A DNA stretch of 64,000 nt from Colwellia sp. Its GTDB lineage: Bacteria; Pseudomonadota; Gammaproteobacteria; Enterobacterales; Alteromonadaceae. Positions within the stretch are counted from its first letter, which is position 1. Each line of letters starts with the position of its first letter. Made by a program: the position numbers and the translations under genes. The stretch covers positions 72,752-136,751 of the forward strand of contig JAPYOP010000004.1 in assembly GCA_029938115.1 (NCBI GenBank). Reading direction: 5' to 3'. This document shows, piece after piece, positions 20,084-30,731 of the stretch. The notes under the pieces are model-generated. The model made no database searches. It worked only from the letters and a program-made list of their open reading frames with translations, and was not told the origin of the DNA.

Positions 20084-21202
20084 ATGAATATTTTAAAGCA
20101 GACTTTATTAGTTATAACGACATTATTAGCTACGTTAATAGTGACAACATTACAGGTGCAAGCCGAAACAAATACCAAGAAAGTATTAATGGTAGTCAGT
20201 GGCAATGGCCAAGGAGAAGAAAAACCAGGCTATGAATTTGATGAGTTTTCAAAAGCCTATTCGGTTTTTAAAGATAATGGCATTACTGTTGATATCGCCA
20301 GCCCAAAAGGCGGACAAGTAGAAGCAGATAAATACGATCCAAGTAAAAGCTATAATGCGAAAGTATTAATTGATGAAGCTATTATGGCAAAACTTAATAA
20401 TACTCTTGCGACGAGTACAATAGATGCTAAGGCATATGATGCAGTGTTTGTTGTTGGTGGCAAAGGTGCTATGTTTGATTTACCTAAAGACAAAGCATTA
20501 CAAAGTGTTATTGCCCAAATATATCAACAACAAGGCAGTGTCGCTGCTGTTTGTCATGGCCCCGCGGCATTAGTTAATGTAAAACTAAAAGATGGTAGTT
20601 ATTTGGTTGCCAATAAAGCAATAAACAGTTTTACTAACCAAGAAGAAAAGCTGTTTGGTCAAAAGTGGATAAACGATTTTGATTTCATGCTTGAAGATAA
20701 ATTAAGCGAGCGTGGCGCTAACTTTCAATCAAGTGAAATAATGTTAAGTCATGTGGCTATTGACGGACGTTTAATCACAGGACAAAACCCTACCTCAACA
20801 GTAGATGTCGCGACCGCTTTAGTTAAGAGTTTAGGCTTAACACCTGTTAAAGTGGCGGTGGAATTAGAAGATAAAACCATGGCTGTAGTAGCTAAATTTA
20901 TAGCCGGTGACAAGTCAGCACTTGAAACACTTGCCAATAATCAAGCGCAGTATCACATACCTCTAGTTGGTATGTACGGCTTTTATTTCCTAAAAATAGC
21001 GGATACAACACTCGACTTTGAGCAATCATTAGCCTTAATGTTAGTGGCACAAAAAGCAATTAATAGCCCTAACCTTGATATGACAATAGCAAAAACACAG
21101 TCAAAATTAGGCCAAGCAGCTAATGCAAAAGCTACATTGAATCAGTTAATTACTGCAAAACCTGATTTCAAACCCGCGCAAGACATGTTAAAAACGTTAT
21201 AA
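20084..21202 (+). CDS. Secreted DJ-1/PfpI (type 1 glutamine amidotransferase-like) protein with a helical C-terminal extension
   Basis: Signal peptide MNILKQTLLVITTLLATLIVTTLQVQA. Nucleophile elbow AAVCHGPAAL and GRLITGQNP. The C-terminal ~130 aa look TPR-like. Start trimmed from 19988 to ATG 20084. Confidence 0.75.
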   Translation: MNILKQTLLVITTLLATLIVTTLQVQAETNTKKVLMVVSGNGQGEEKPGYEFDEFSKAYSVFKDNGITVDIASPKGGQVEADKYDPSKSYNAKVLIDEAIMAKLNNTLATSTIDAKAYDAVFVVGGKGAMFDLPKDKALQSVIAQIYQQQGSVAAVCHGPAALVNVKLKDGSYLVANKAINSFTNQEEKLFGQKWINDFDFMLEDKLSERGANFQSSEIMLSHVAIDGRLITGQNPTSTVDVATALVKSLGLTPVKVAVELEDKTMAVVAKFIAGDKSALETLANNQAQYHIPLVGMYGFYFLKIADTTLDFEQSLALMLVAQKAINSPNLDMTIAKTQSKLGQAANAKATLNQLITAKPDFKPAQDMLKTL

Positions 21203-21293
21203 GGTACCCATTTTACTTTAGGGTATAGAATCAGTTCTTAACGATAACTTGAAGCCAAGAAAGCGTTAAGAACATTTAAATTAGAGAAATGGT

Positions 21294-22028
21294 ATGAATA
21301 ATCAATCTTTATATATTCTAGTCGTTGAAGATCAGCAAAGTATCGCTCAAAATATTGCCGACTATATGGAGGGGAAAGGTCACGTATTAGATTTTGCTAC
21401 CCAAGGTGACCAAGGGTTAGCGCTGGCATTAGCCAACCACTATGATTTAGTCATTCTCGATTTAAATTTACCCGTAATGGATGGGCTTGAGGTTTGCAAA
21501 CAATTACGAGAACAAGCTAATCATCACGTGCCTATTATCATGCTGACAGCAAGAGACAGTGTCGATGATAAAATATCGGGTTTTACGCAAGGGGCAGATG
21601 ATTATTTAACCAAACCCTTTTCTTTAGATGAACTGGAAGTGCGCTGCTTCGCTTTATCAAGACGCCATTTATTACAAACCAATCATACCTTAACCTTTGA
21701 TCAGCTAATCATTGATAGAAAAAAACAACAAGTAACACGTGCAGGAACCCCCCTTGAGTTACATAGTATGGGCTACCGTATTCTTGTCATTTTAGCCCAA
21801 GCATATCCTCAAGTGGTTAGCCGTTCAAAGTTATCCCAAAAACTATGGGGAGATGAGCCAACAGAATCAGATGCTCTTAGATCTCACATCTATCAATTAC
21901 GAAATATTTTAGATAAGCCTTTTGATTATCCAATGATAAAAACCATGCATGGTATTGGCTTCCTATTACATGTAAAAAATGATGTAGAAAGCAATGTAAT
22001 AAACGGTGAAAAAAACGATGAAAAATAA
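21294..22028 (+). CDS. OmpR/PhoB-family response regulator
   Basis: REC (VVEDQ, VILDLNLP, LTARD, TKPF) plus a winged-helix C-terminus (LRSHIYQLRNILD...IKTMHGIGF). Confidence 0.9.
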   Translation: MNNQSLYILVVEDQQSIAQNIADYMEGKGHVLDFATQGDQGLALALANHYDLVILDLNLPVMDGLEVCKQLREQANHHVPIIMLTARDSVDDKISGFTQGADDYLTKPFSLDELEVRCFALSRRHLLQTNHTLTFDQLIIDRKKQQVTRAGTPLELHSMGYRILVILAQAYPQVVSRSKLSQKLWGDEPTESDALRSHIYQLRNILDKPFDYPMIKTMHGIGFLLHVKNDVESNVINGEKNDEK

Positions 22029-23331
22029 CAACAGCAACAATCATAATCAAGCACATACGGATAAACAAACACAGGCAATTAAGTTTCACAGCTTGAGCAG
22101 GAAAATCATCAGCCAATTCTGTTTATTTACCCTGTTAGTCTCTACGGTTTGGGGCATGCTTTGCTTCATATTAATGTATAACATTGAAGATGAATTTATT
22201 GAAAGGGAAGTCAGACAAGAAGCACTATATTTACAACAAAATTTTGACCAAAACAAGCAATGGTCAGCCTCTCGCGTCAGTTATATGAAGTTATATTTTT
22301 CAAAAAACACCTTACCTGATGATATTAAGCAGCAATATATTATCGAGCCCCGCAGAAAAGAGTTTTCAGGAAATAACGGCCGCCATTATCACTTATTAGC
22401 CTTACCAAAATCAGAAAACATTTACCTTGTAGCAGAAGTCAGTGAAATGTTGTTAGTTCGTCCTATTACTGAGGGTATATTAAAATTCATGCTGACTTCA
22501 GGTTTAATATTAGTACTACTTGCCTTTGTTATCGCGTGGCAACTCGGCAGAAAAACCGCTATGCCATTGAAGCAGCTTGCCGATTTAGTTAACGGTGTTG
22601 CCCCTGAAAATATCCCCGATAAGTTTGCTAAGCAATTCCCAAATAATGAAATTGGAGTTTTAGCGCAAACCTTAGAAAGCGCCATGACCAGAATTAACCA
22701 AAGCTTGCTCAGAGAAAAATGTTTTACGCGTGATGTCAGTCATGAACTTAGAACACCTGTCGCTATTATTAAAAATGCCGTCGAGGTGTATCGTAATCAA
22801 CATTCAACAGATGAAGACAATCCAGTTATAAATCGTATATCTCAAGCAAGTACACAAATGGAGCAAACAGTTACCACACTGTTAACCCTCGCAAGGGAAG
22901 AACATACCGAAGCAGACAAAAGAAACATTAAAATACTGCCATTAATTGAACAATCTATTATTGACCAGAATCACCTCATCAATAACAAACCAATACAAGT
23001 TGAAGTAAACGACAATTGTAATGTAGAAGTCTATGCACAGTCAGGTATGTTGACGGTATTATTAGACAATTTAATCGGCAATGCTTTTCAATATACGCAA
23101 GCAGGCAAGGTAACCATTGAAATGCAAAATAAAACACTTATTGTTACTGATACCGGCCCTGGCATTGAACCTAGCATTTCAGATAAAATAACTGAACCTG
23201 CCGTTAAAGGTGACCAAAGCACGGGTTATGGTTTCGGTTTATCGATTGTAAAACGTTTATGTGAACATCAAGGCTGGCTATTAACATTTTCAAGTGAGCA
23301 AGGAACCAAAATTTCTATTTCGCTGAAATAA
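22006..23331 (+). CDS. Sensor histidine kinase (2 TM, HAMP, HisKA, HATPase), partner of the OmpR-type regulator
   Basis: H-box FTRDVSHELRTPVA, N-box DNLIGNAFQY, G-boxes DTGPGI and GYGFGLSIV. Overlaps the regulator gene by 23 nt. Confidence 0.85.
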   Translation: MKKTMKNNNSNNHNQAHTDKQTQAIKFHSLSRKIISQFCLFTLLVSTVWGMLCFILMYNIEDEFIEREVRQEALYLQQNFDQNKQWSASRVSYMKLYFSKNTLPDDIKQQYIIEPRRKEFSGNNGRHYHLLALPKSENIYLVAEVSEMLLVRPITEGILKFMLTSGLILVLLAFVIAWQLGRKTAMPLKQLADLVNGVAPENIPDKFAKQFPNNEIGVLAQTLESAMTRINQSLLREKCFTRDVSHELRTPVAIIKNAVEVYRNQHSTDEDNPVINRISQASTQMEQTVTTLLTLAREEHTEADKRNIKILPLIEQSIIDQNHLINNKPIQVEVNDNCNVEVYAQSGMLTVLLDNLIGNAFQYTQAGKVTIEMQNKTLIVTDTGPGIEPSISDKITEPAVKGDQSTGYGFGLSIVKRLCEHQGWLLTFSSEQGTKISISLK

Positions 23332-23372
23332 TCGCTTAACTGTAGTAATACCAATATCACTAATTAAGTGAT

Positions 23373-23413
23373 TTACCCTTTGATAAATCTCATCAAGAGT
23401 CATCAAAGGGTAA
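23373..23413. terminator. Bidirectional hairpin terminator between convergent genes
   Basis: Perfect 12-bp stem ttaccctttgat (23373-23384) / atcaaagggtaa (23402-23413) with a 17-nt loop and A/T-rich flanks. It lies between the stops at 23331 (+) and 23436 (-). Confidence 0.6.
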
Positions 23414-23435
23414 AAATAACTATCAATAGTTAAAA

Positions 23436-24161
23436 CTATTGTGCCTGTTTGCCTTGATAGTGATAATCTGAAAAAGTATCAAGGGAGGTTTCATTAATTT
23501 CAGTAAAATAAGCAAAACTCCCTTTCATATTCATTTTATTTTGCTTGGTTAGTACCGCGCCATTAATATGTAAAAACGTAAATGTTATCGCTAAATCAGT
23601 AATTTTGGCGGTAAACATGGGGGAAAAATCTGAATTATTCCAAATCGATATTTTTTCAATAAATTGGTACTCTTTTTGATAGGTTAACTGTCCTTGAAGT
23701 TTACCGATAGCATCTTCACCCAATTTCTTTAAGTTAACGTTAAATGCCATCACAATGTTTTTTTCATCAGTAGAAACTAAAGACAAGCTTTCTTGATTAA
23801 TAAGCGCACGTAACTTGAGTTGTATATGATTGCCTGGCTTCGCTTTACTGGTTTGCTCTTGCTTCTTTTTCACAAAGTTCTTAATCTGCTTTTTTGTCGG
23901 TAATTGACCATTAATTTCTTTAAGGAGCCATTGTTCATTGGCTTGTGGGGAATATTGTTCAATACTACTTGTTATGTCACCTTCCTCGTTTTCATAGCGA
24001 GAAATGTTATAAGACCAAAGCTCTCTTTGTGTCTGTTCAACTTTTATAATGGCGCGATTCACTTTTTCCTTAAGCGATACGAACTCTTCAGTAGTGTTTT
24101 CTGCTGCAATGATATTAAAAACAGAACCAAAGCAAATCAGTAATAAGCAAGTATTCTTCAT
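23436..24161 (-). CDS. Secreted hypothetical protein
   Basis: 241-aa ORF with signal peptide MKNTCLLLICFGSVFNIIAAE. No motif I recognise. Confidence 0.5.
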   Translation of the reverse strand: MKNTCLLLICFGSVFNIIAAENTTEEFVSLKEKVNRAIIKVEQTQRELWSYNISRYENEEGDITSSIEQYSPQANEQWLLKEINGQLPTKKQIKNFVKKKQEQTSKAKPGNHIQLKLRALINQESLSLVSTDEKNIVMAFNVNLKKLGEDAIGKLQGQLTYQKEYQFIEKISIWNNSDFSPMFTAKITDLAITFTFLHINGAVLTKQNKMNMKGSFAYFTEINETSLDTFSDYHYQGKQAQ

Positions 24162-24316
24162 GTTGTTGCCTTTTGGGATATTAAAAGCAAACTGTATTCG
24201 TTTTTATGTGAAATGAAGGTGAAATCTACTAGCGTTGTTATATAAAGTTCACGGAGTGAAAGGCATTGACCTTTATATTTTGGGAAGTGTTATGTCTGCT
24301 GTGCGCATTACGGTAA

Positions 24317-24679
24317 TTACAGCCAGAAAAGAGCATCATCCCTCTTAGTAAATACTTGAATATTCAATACGGCAGAGCTTGGAATGTTAGCCGCAAAATC
24401 AGCACTAAGTTTTGCCCCTTTATTTGGCGCATACACAGCTATTTTATCAATAGCTGATAATGTTCCAAACTTTATCAAGGCATCTAATTGAGTTGAATAG
24501 GAATTAGTTTTATTGATTAGTAATGAAAATGAATTAGTAAAAATGGATAATAAATAATTATGGATTTCATCAACCATTTCAATGCTGATATCAACACCTT
24601 CATCTATCATTATTTCAGCAATATTAGCCTGTATAATATTGATTTTTCCAAATGATAATTTTTGTAATTCCATGTTCAA
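24317..24679 (-). CDS. Hypothetical protein (possibly STAS/SpoIIAA-like fold)
   Basis: Isolated 120-aa ORF. The weak resemblance to small STAS-type proteins is an impression only. Confidence 0.35.
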   Translation of the reverse strand: MNMELQKLSFGKINIIQANIAEIMIDEGVDISIEMVDEIHNYLLSIFTNSFSLLINKTNSYSTQLDALIKFGTLSAIDKIAVYAPNKGAKLSADFAANIPSSAVLNIQVFTKRDDALFWL

Positions 24680-25000
24680 TATATTCCTGACAATGTTATG
24701 AACGATGAAATTTTAAAGACGTACTGTAAATAAAGCATTCTTCCCCATCATTATTCGAACTGTTACCCATATAATACATTATTTTTTTTAGGGTTATTAT
24801 AATAATAATAGGTAAAACCATAGGAAATAATACGCTTTATTCAATTTAATCTGTTTTCTACCGCCCCTCTTTTAAACATTAAATTAAAATCATCAATCTG
24901 TAGGCTCACCCCCTTAATGAAAAACGGCATAAAGAAGGCTTTAAGATTAGTCGTGACAAAGCAATTTACTTGATTGATAAGCTTGTTCATAAAAGGCAAA

Positions 25001-26113
25001 CTACAATGAAGAAAGGTTCATCAAGCTTTTAACTGATTTTTCCAGTTCAGCTTTGTTTTCCAAATGAGTCAGAATTTTATTATTGCTGCTTTCAAGGATA
25101 TTAATTATTCGACTTTCCTGATCTTCTTCTAAGCCCATACTTGGCAAAGCTTCCTCTATAAGTAACAGTTGTTCAACGCATATTTGACTACTTTTTAAAT
25201 AGTAATCTTCGAAAATGAAACTCAGATTCTTTAACTCTAGCGCCATTTTTTGCAAGCTAATAGCGCGTCTATCTTGTCTTTCCTGATGTTCTTTTATAAG
25301 AATAATCTGAGCCACTCGATTATTTGCCGCTTGAACAATTACACATAAATGGTCTTTCAATCGTCCGGTTAAGTCAGGGTTATCAATAGGCATATTTTTA
25401 ATAAAAAGTGATATCGCAGGGTAGTTAACTATGCACCTTTGATTAAATTCCATAATTCTCCCCATATCCCTTAACTGATAGAATAATTTTTCTTCTAGCT
25501 GGGAAACATAGCTTGAACCAGAAATGTTGTGCTCTGTTTCGTTATCACGAATTTGCACCACGATATTAAGTCCATATTCTTGACAAGCATCGATGACCGT
25601 TTGTGCTAATGCCTTTTGTGTTGTCGTTTGACTAGAGTTTTCGATGAACTGAACTATGATGCCAAGTTCACTGGATGTTGCCATTGCCGACATGGCCGTT
25701 TTCATTGCCATTTTAGAGTTATCTTCCAACTCTTGGTTCTTTTTTTGATTAGATAAGGTCAGGCTAAGCTTTACTTTTAATTCATTGGCATTAAACGGCT
25801 TCGAAATATAATCATCGCCACCGGCTTCAAAACCTGTCAGCCTTTCTTCGCTCGTTGAACGAGCTGAAACAAATATAACGGGGATAGCTGAAATATTTTC
25901 ATTAGCCTTAATTTGTTTGCATACTTCATAGCCATCCATACCTGGCATACTGACATCTAACAAGACAACATGAGGCATCACATTTTCTATATTGGCTAAA
26001 CATTCCTGCCCCGATTCAAAAATAGACAACTCATATTCATCTTGTAAATGTAACTCCATGATCTCACAATTGACGACTTCGTCATCTACAACCATTACGC
26101 GATGTTTATTCAT
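25001..26113 (-). CDS. Response regulator: REC + ~240-aa uncharacterised output domain
   Basis: REC is intact ([27 protein letters not shown]). I recognise nothing in the C-terminal two-thirds. ATGA overlap with the upstream kinase gene, and an aaggaa RBS. Confidence 0.8.
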   Translation of the reverse strand: MNKHRVMVVDDEVVNCEIMELHLQDEYELSIFESGQECLANIENVMPHVVLLDVSMPGMDGYEVCKQIKANENISAIPVIFVSARSTSEERLTGFEAGGDDYISKPFNANELKVKLSLTLSNQKKNQELEDNSKMAMKTAMSAMATSSELGIIVQFIENSSQTTTQKALAQTVIDACQEYGLNIVVQIRDNETEHNISGSSYVSQLEEKLFYQLRDMGRIMEFNQRCIVNYPAISLFIKNMPIDNPDLTGRLKDHLCVIVQAANNRVAQIILIKEHQERQDRRAISLQKMALELKNLSFIFEDYYLKSSQICVEQLLLIEEALPSMGLEEDQESRIINILESSNNKILTHLENKAELEKSVKSLMNLSSL

Positions 26114-27441
26114 GATATGTTCCTTTCTTGTTGAATCAACTGCCGTCGGGGTAAAATTATAGTGAATGTTGTGCCTATATCCGCATTTCGGCTAGCGAAA
26201 ATCTTTCCTCTATGTAGTTGAACAATTTCTTTGCAAATAGCCAGTCCCAGCCCTGTTCCTCCTGCCCCTGTGTTAGTCGTGCTACTTTGTTTAAATTTAT
26301 CAAAAACCGATTCAAGTTCATTTTCAGGAATGCCAACACCTTGGTCGGTCAGTGAATATTTAAGTGCTGGTACTTCTTTGCCATCAAGGTCAATGGTAGT
26401 TCTACTTAACTGAAAGCATAGCGATGAGTTTTCTGGACTATATTTAATCGCATTTAAAATGACATTTTTGAACACACGAAAAATCATGTCCCCATTGGCC
26501 TCAACAGCGCCGAAGCCTTCAGGTCGCTCAATCATGCTAAAAATGTCTTTTGATTGCACATTTTCACAAACAGGAATAAGGATGTGTTCGCCCCTATACA
26601 TGAAGTAAATTGAGATATTACGACGAATTATAAGTGCGCTATAGGCAGTGAGTACATCGGTTCCTATAAGAAATAAATCCTGAACTTCCATATCAGGCTG
26701 TAAGTTATCTTGTTCTAATTTTGACAAATCTAGAAGCTGGTTAAGTAAAACCAGTAATCGCTCAGCACTTTGGTTTATCCGGTTAAAGTAATGTAGCAGC
26801 TTGCTTCGCTCTCCTGTTTCTGCTTGTTGGGCTCCAAATTCAGCAAAACTCAAAATACCGTGCATTGGTGTACGTAACTCGTGGGATATATTGGCCAAAA
26901 ATTCTGACTTCGCTCTATTGGCCTGCTCAGCCATTTCCTTAGCCGCTTTTAGATCACTTGTTCTTGAATCAACAATTTCTTCTAGGTCATCTTGTCGTAT
27001 CATGAGTTTAGCGGTTAAAGATTTTAACTCTTGCAGTAATTGTTCATTTTGCAGTTGAATATTGACATTATTGACTGCGCGATCCAGAGCGTTCTTCAAA
27101 ATGAACTTGTTAAAAGGTTTCTCAATATAGTCGTTTGCACCTTCTTTCAGTGCGGATATTGCATTTTCTTTTGTGCCTTTTCCAGTGATCAGAATACTAT
27201 AAAGGCAATTAGTAATTTTATGAGCTTCGGCAATGAGTTCTATACCTGACATACCGTCCATATTTAAGTCAGTAATTAATATTTGAAACGCCTGTGTTTT
27301 AATTTTAACAAGTGCAGAGATAGGATTATTGCATGTTTCAAAAACATACTCGTCGTTGATAAGAGACGATATAATTTTCAATTGGGTTCGACTATCGTCA
27401 ACCACTAATATTCTGTTTTTTGCTATTTCAACGCTACTCAT
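26110..27441 (-). CDS. Histidine kinase with N-terminal receiver (REC-coiled coil-HisKA-HATPase)
   Basis: REC ([26 protein letters not shown]). H-box [13 protein letters not shown]-box [11 protein letters not shown]-boxes DQGVGI and GGTGLGLAI. Start placed at ATG 27441. The track start at 27453 is TTG. Confidence 0.85.
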   Translation of the reverse strand: MSSVEIAKNRILVVDDSRTQLKIISSLINDEYVFETCNNPISALVKIKTQAFQILITDLNMDGMSGIELIAEAHKITNCLYSILITGKGTKENAISALKEGANDYIEKPFNKFILKNALDRAVNNVNIQLQNEQLLQELKSLTAKLMIRQDDLEEIVDSRTSDLKAAKEMAEQANRAKSEFLANISHELRTPMHGILSFAEFGAQQAETGERSKLLHYFNRINQSAERLLVLLNQLLDLSKLEQDNLQPDMEVQDLFLIGTDVLTAYSALIIRRNISIYFMYRGEHILIPVCENVQSKDIFSMIERPEGFGAVEANGDMIFRVFKNVILNAIKYSPENSSLCFQLSRTTIDLDGKEVPALKYSLTDQGVGIPENELESVFDKFKQSSTTNTGAGGTGLGLAICKEIVQLHRGKIFASRNADIGTTFTIILPRRQLIQQERNIS

Positions 27442-27886
27442 GATGATGTACAAAACAGGAAGATAAGGTTAACCAAGCATAGTACAATTTGAAGAATGTC
27501 ACGGTATTGAAATCCGTTATTTTTAGTGACGGTGATAATGTTCGTTAGGTAATCAACCGTGAAAACATACCGTTTTAGACTATTATTAATTAATAGATAG
27601 TTTTAGATGAATGATGATTAAATTTTGGTTTTACTGATGAATTAAACAAAGAGAAAGATCTTTGTGATAGCCCATAGATAAGTATTAGCACTTATTCGTT
27701 TTAGGTGTATTTGATGCACTTGTTAATAAACGATGTACAAACCAGCTTGGTCAATTAGCTGAATTAGTGTTAAACACCAAAGTGAGCTGATGACAAGACA
27801 AGAGAAGACAAGATAAGTACACTAATTAGTGCATTGATTAGTACATTAATATTGATATATTAAAATTACTATTAAGCGGAGCAATC

Positions 27887-30238
27887 ATGTTTATAAAAAT
27901 TATAATTATACGCCTATTAACTATTTTATTGAGCCTGCTGGTATCTACTTATCCTTATGCAAATGATGAGTTATTTGAAGAAAGCATGTCGAGTTTATTT
28001 AGTTTGTCACTAAAAGAGTTATCACAGGTTACCGTTAGTACTAGTGGCCTTACCGAAAATACCATTAGCCAATCTCCCTCAACGATCACTATTATTAACC
28101 AACAACAAATCGATCGAAGTCCCGCTAGAAATATTCGCGACTTGCTTGAAATCTATGTGCCGGGTTTAATGTTCTTCGATGACTCAACAAGTGGTGGTAA
28201 TATTCGCATTCGTGGGCTTGGCGAGCGAAATTACACTACGCTGTTACTCATCAATAGCAGACCAGTTAATCAAAAGTCTTACCGGGGCTCACTTTCAGTA
28301 CTAAATAACTGGGACATGCAGGATATAGAAAGAATTGAAGTTGCCAGAGGGCCTGGTTCAGTAACTCATGGTCCAGGTGCTATCTCGGGTGTTATCAATA
28401 TTGTTACTAAAAAAGCAGGCACTTATGATGGTGTAACTTTAGGAGCAACATATAACGCGGATTACCAAAGCAAAGGCGCTTATATAGATGTTGGCCATGT
28501 CGGTGAAAATGTACAATGGCGAACTCACGTCAGCATGGTGCGTACCAAAGGATATGAAAACCTTCAAATATATCAATTTTCTAATAATGGTGAACATGGT
28601 TACAAAGGCGATGTCGAGGCTTTTAGTGGTTCAGACGGGAACACTGTAGCTAATTTTTACAGCGATACCGACGATAAAGCGCAAGTCAAAATCTCCGTTG
28701 ATATGGCATTATATGATAATTGGCATTTATTAACGCGTTATAGCTCATCGGGAAATGTTGGTACAGTGACAAATAAAGATTATTTAAATGGCGAGCAAGC
28801 AACTCACGAATTTCGTGAAGAGCTGTTCTTAATTAACCTTGACAATAACTATCAGATAAATAATCAATGGCAATTAAAGAGTTTACTAAGCTTCGACTCC
28901 GTTAATTACTTCACCACTAACGCCAAACAAATAGACCTCGATCACAACGCTATTTTAAATAAAACAAAAAACTATGCAGAAAACGAATGGTTTGCCCGTT
29001 CTTTACTCACTTATAGTTGGAATGAAGATGACTCTTTTACCGCCGGTATTGAATACTCCCATGATTATTTAACCAAACCCTGGCGGGAATCGGCGAACAC
29101 ATTTCGCGCTGGTTCTAGCAGGCGCAATTTTATTTCTGAAGATTCATTATATCGTGGTGATGGCAGTAACGGTACTATCAAAGATTCCAGAGTCGTTGAA
29201 TATACCGATGGTTGGTCGGCTAACACTTATTCAGTTATGGCTGAGTTAAAATATCATTTACTGCCCGAGGTTCAAGCATTACTTTCGGCTAGAATAGATA
29301 AAAATGACTTTACCGCCAGCATGTTTTCCCCTCGCATAGCCGTAGTTGCCAACATTGACGAACACAACATTATAAAAGCGAGTTGGCAACAATCTTTACG
29401 CATGAATACCATGACGGATCTTTATATAGAAGAACTTGAAGGCAATCAAAACGATCCTGAAGAAATCAATGCAGTTGAACTTACCTATCACCATATTTTT
29501 AATTCGCAACTGTACACAAACCTAACTTTTTATACTTACGATGCAGAAATTATTGCTTGGAGTGGCGATAAGTCAGAACTAGTTGGTGAACAAAAAGCCA
29601 GTGGTTTAGAATTGGAACTTACCTATCAAGCTAACGATTTCACTTTCGGTATAAATCATTCCTATCAAAAGCTTAATGATTGGGACTTTGTTGCCAAGGA
29701 AGATAACGGTTCAAAATCTCAAAAAACTAGCCTCTCGGATTTTTTTCTCCATAGAGGTTTTTTAACCTTCAACAGCACCGGCAATAGCCTCATATTTTGG
29801 TCCGACAATACCACTAAACTATGGTCAGATATCCGTTTGGGTGATGAGTTGATTTTGCATTTCGATGCCAGAGTCATGTGGGAATTAGAGTATGGTAATG
29901 ATTTATATACTATGTATGACAATGCTTATGCCTCGGTAGATACAAACGCTTTATCCCCTGGCGATTTGGAAAATCATTCTGATGGATTGTACAACTTGGG
30001 TGAATATCAAAGGACCGTTGATGAGAAAGGGGCATTTGGACGCTCGGTACACATTAATGCCTCTTTGATTTGGGAAGTACCTTACTTCAATAACACTAAA
30101 CTTAGTCTTTACGTGCAGAACCTTATTAACCTTGATGATAATAAACGGCAAAAATCAATAAACTATGGTTTTGTTCCGATAAGTAGCTGGTTGGAAGAGC
30201 CCCGTGCTTTCTGGCTGACATTGGAAGTTGAGCTTTAG
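27887..30238 (+). CDS. TonB-dependent outer-membrane receptor
   Basis: Signal peptide, plug-domain motifs (ITIINQQQIDRSPARNIRDLLEIYVPG, IRIRGLG, IERIEVARGPGSVTHGPGAISGVINIVTK), then a long beta-barrel. Confidence 0.85.
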   Translation: MFIKIIIIRLLTILLSLLVSTYPYANDELFEESMSSLFSLSLKELSQVTVSTSGLTENTISQSPSTITIINQQQIDRSPARNIRDLLEIYVPGLMFFDDSTSGGNIRIRGLGERNYTTLLLINSRPVNQKSYRGSLSVLNNWDMQDIERIEVARGPGSVTHGPGAISGVINIVTKKAGTYDGVTLGATYNADYQSKGAYIDVGHVGENVQWRTHVSMVRTKGYENLQIYQFSNNGEHGYKGDVEAFSGSDGNTVANFYSDTDDKAQVKISVDMALYDNWHLLTRYSSSGNVGTVTNKDYLNGEQATHEFREELFLINLDNNYQINNQWQLKSLLSFDSVNYFTTNAKQIDLDHNAILNKTKNYAENEWFARSLLTYSWNEDDSFTAGIEYSHDYLTKPWRESANTFRAGSSRRNFISEDSLYRGDGSNGTIKDSRVVEYTDGWSANTYSVMAELKYHLLPEVQALLSARIDKNDFTASMFSPRIAVVANIDEHNIIKASWQQSLRMNTMTDLYIEELEGNQNDPEEINAVELTYHHIFNSQLYTNLTFYTYDAEIIAWSGDKSELVGEQKASGLELELTYQANDFTFGINHSYQKLNDWDFVAKEDNGSKSQKTSLSDFFLHRGFLTFNSTGNSLIFWSDNTTKLWSDIRLGDELILHFDARVMWELEYGNDLYTMYDNAYASVDTNALSPGDLENHSDGLYNLGEYQRTVDEKGAFGRSVHINASLIWEVPYFNNTKLSLYVQNLINLDDNKRQKSINYGFVPISSWLEEPRAFWLTLEVEL

Positions 30239-30621
30239 CTTAACGTACACCCACTATATTAATTCAACTGTAATAAGTATTATCCAGCCATCGGCGGAAA
30301 TTGAACTCAATTATAACTCACTTCCGCACCGCACCGCACTTAAATAATGCTACTTTCTGTAACTCTATTCACTATTATTTCTGAATAATGTTGAACGTAT
30401 CCATAATTCAGAACAAATTTATCGCCAGTTAGCAATGCGCTCTAATACTCTGTCGGTGCTACTGAACAGTTGACTGTCAGCTAATAAACATCGAGTTAAT
30501 CATCAGTTCAAAGTCGCAATATTATCCTTTAGTTCAACCAATGCAGGCCGCACATTGGTAGCCCCCTTGTTGGCGCTTCACACCACAAACGATTAATCTC
30601 TTTTACTCTCTCTTTATATTA

Positions 30622-30660
30622 CTTAAATGCAAATGATAGTAGTTATCATTTGCATTTAAG
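30622..30660. promoter_or_regulatory. Fur-box-like perfect palindrome upstream of tonB-exbB-exbD
   Basis: 17-bp arms cttaaatgcaaatgata (30622-30638) / tatcatttgcatttaag (30644-30660) with a 5-nt spacer. The core aatgatagtagttatcatt resembles the Fur consensus GATAATGATAATCATTATC. It sits 72-110 nt upstream of the tonB ATG. Confidence 0.6.
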
Positions 30661-30731
30661 TTCGCATCTACTTATACTGCATACATAAAATTACATGACC
30701 TGAATTTCACCCTCCCCTTGACTGAGAGATT

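Noticed and set aside
27454-27886. The 430-bp AT-rich leader upstream of the first TonB-dependent receptor. I checked it for a cobalamin riboswitch or a Fur box.
   Set aside because: No B12-box-like GCCACTG core or conserved riboswitch helices are visible. The best Fur-like match (27606-27624, gatgaatgatgattaaatt) fits only about 10 of 15 core positions and lies ~260 nt from the start.
30200-30238. The first TonB-dependent receptor ends in ...FWLTLEVEL instead of the usual aromatic terminal residue. I considered a 3' frameshift or truncation.
   Set aside because: The last strand (RAFWLTLEVEL) still looks like a normal terminal beta-strand, and no alternative frame continues it. A Leu terminus is unusual but not evidence of damage.
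30324-30338. Short tandem repeat ccgca x3 in the spacer before tonB.
   Set aside because: Only 15 nt, with no further copies or flanking structure. Too short to call a repeat element.
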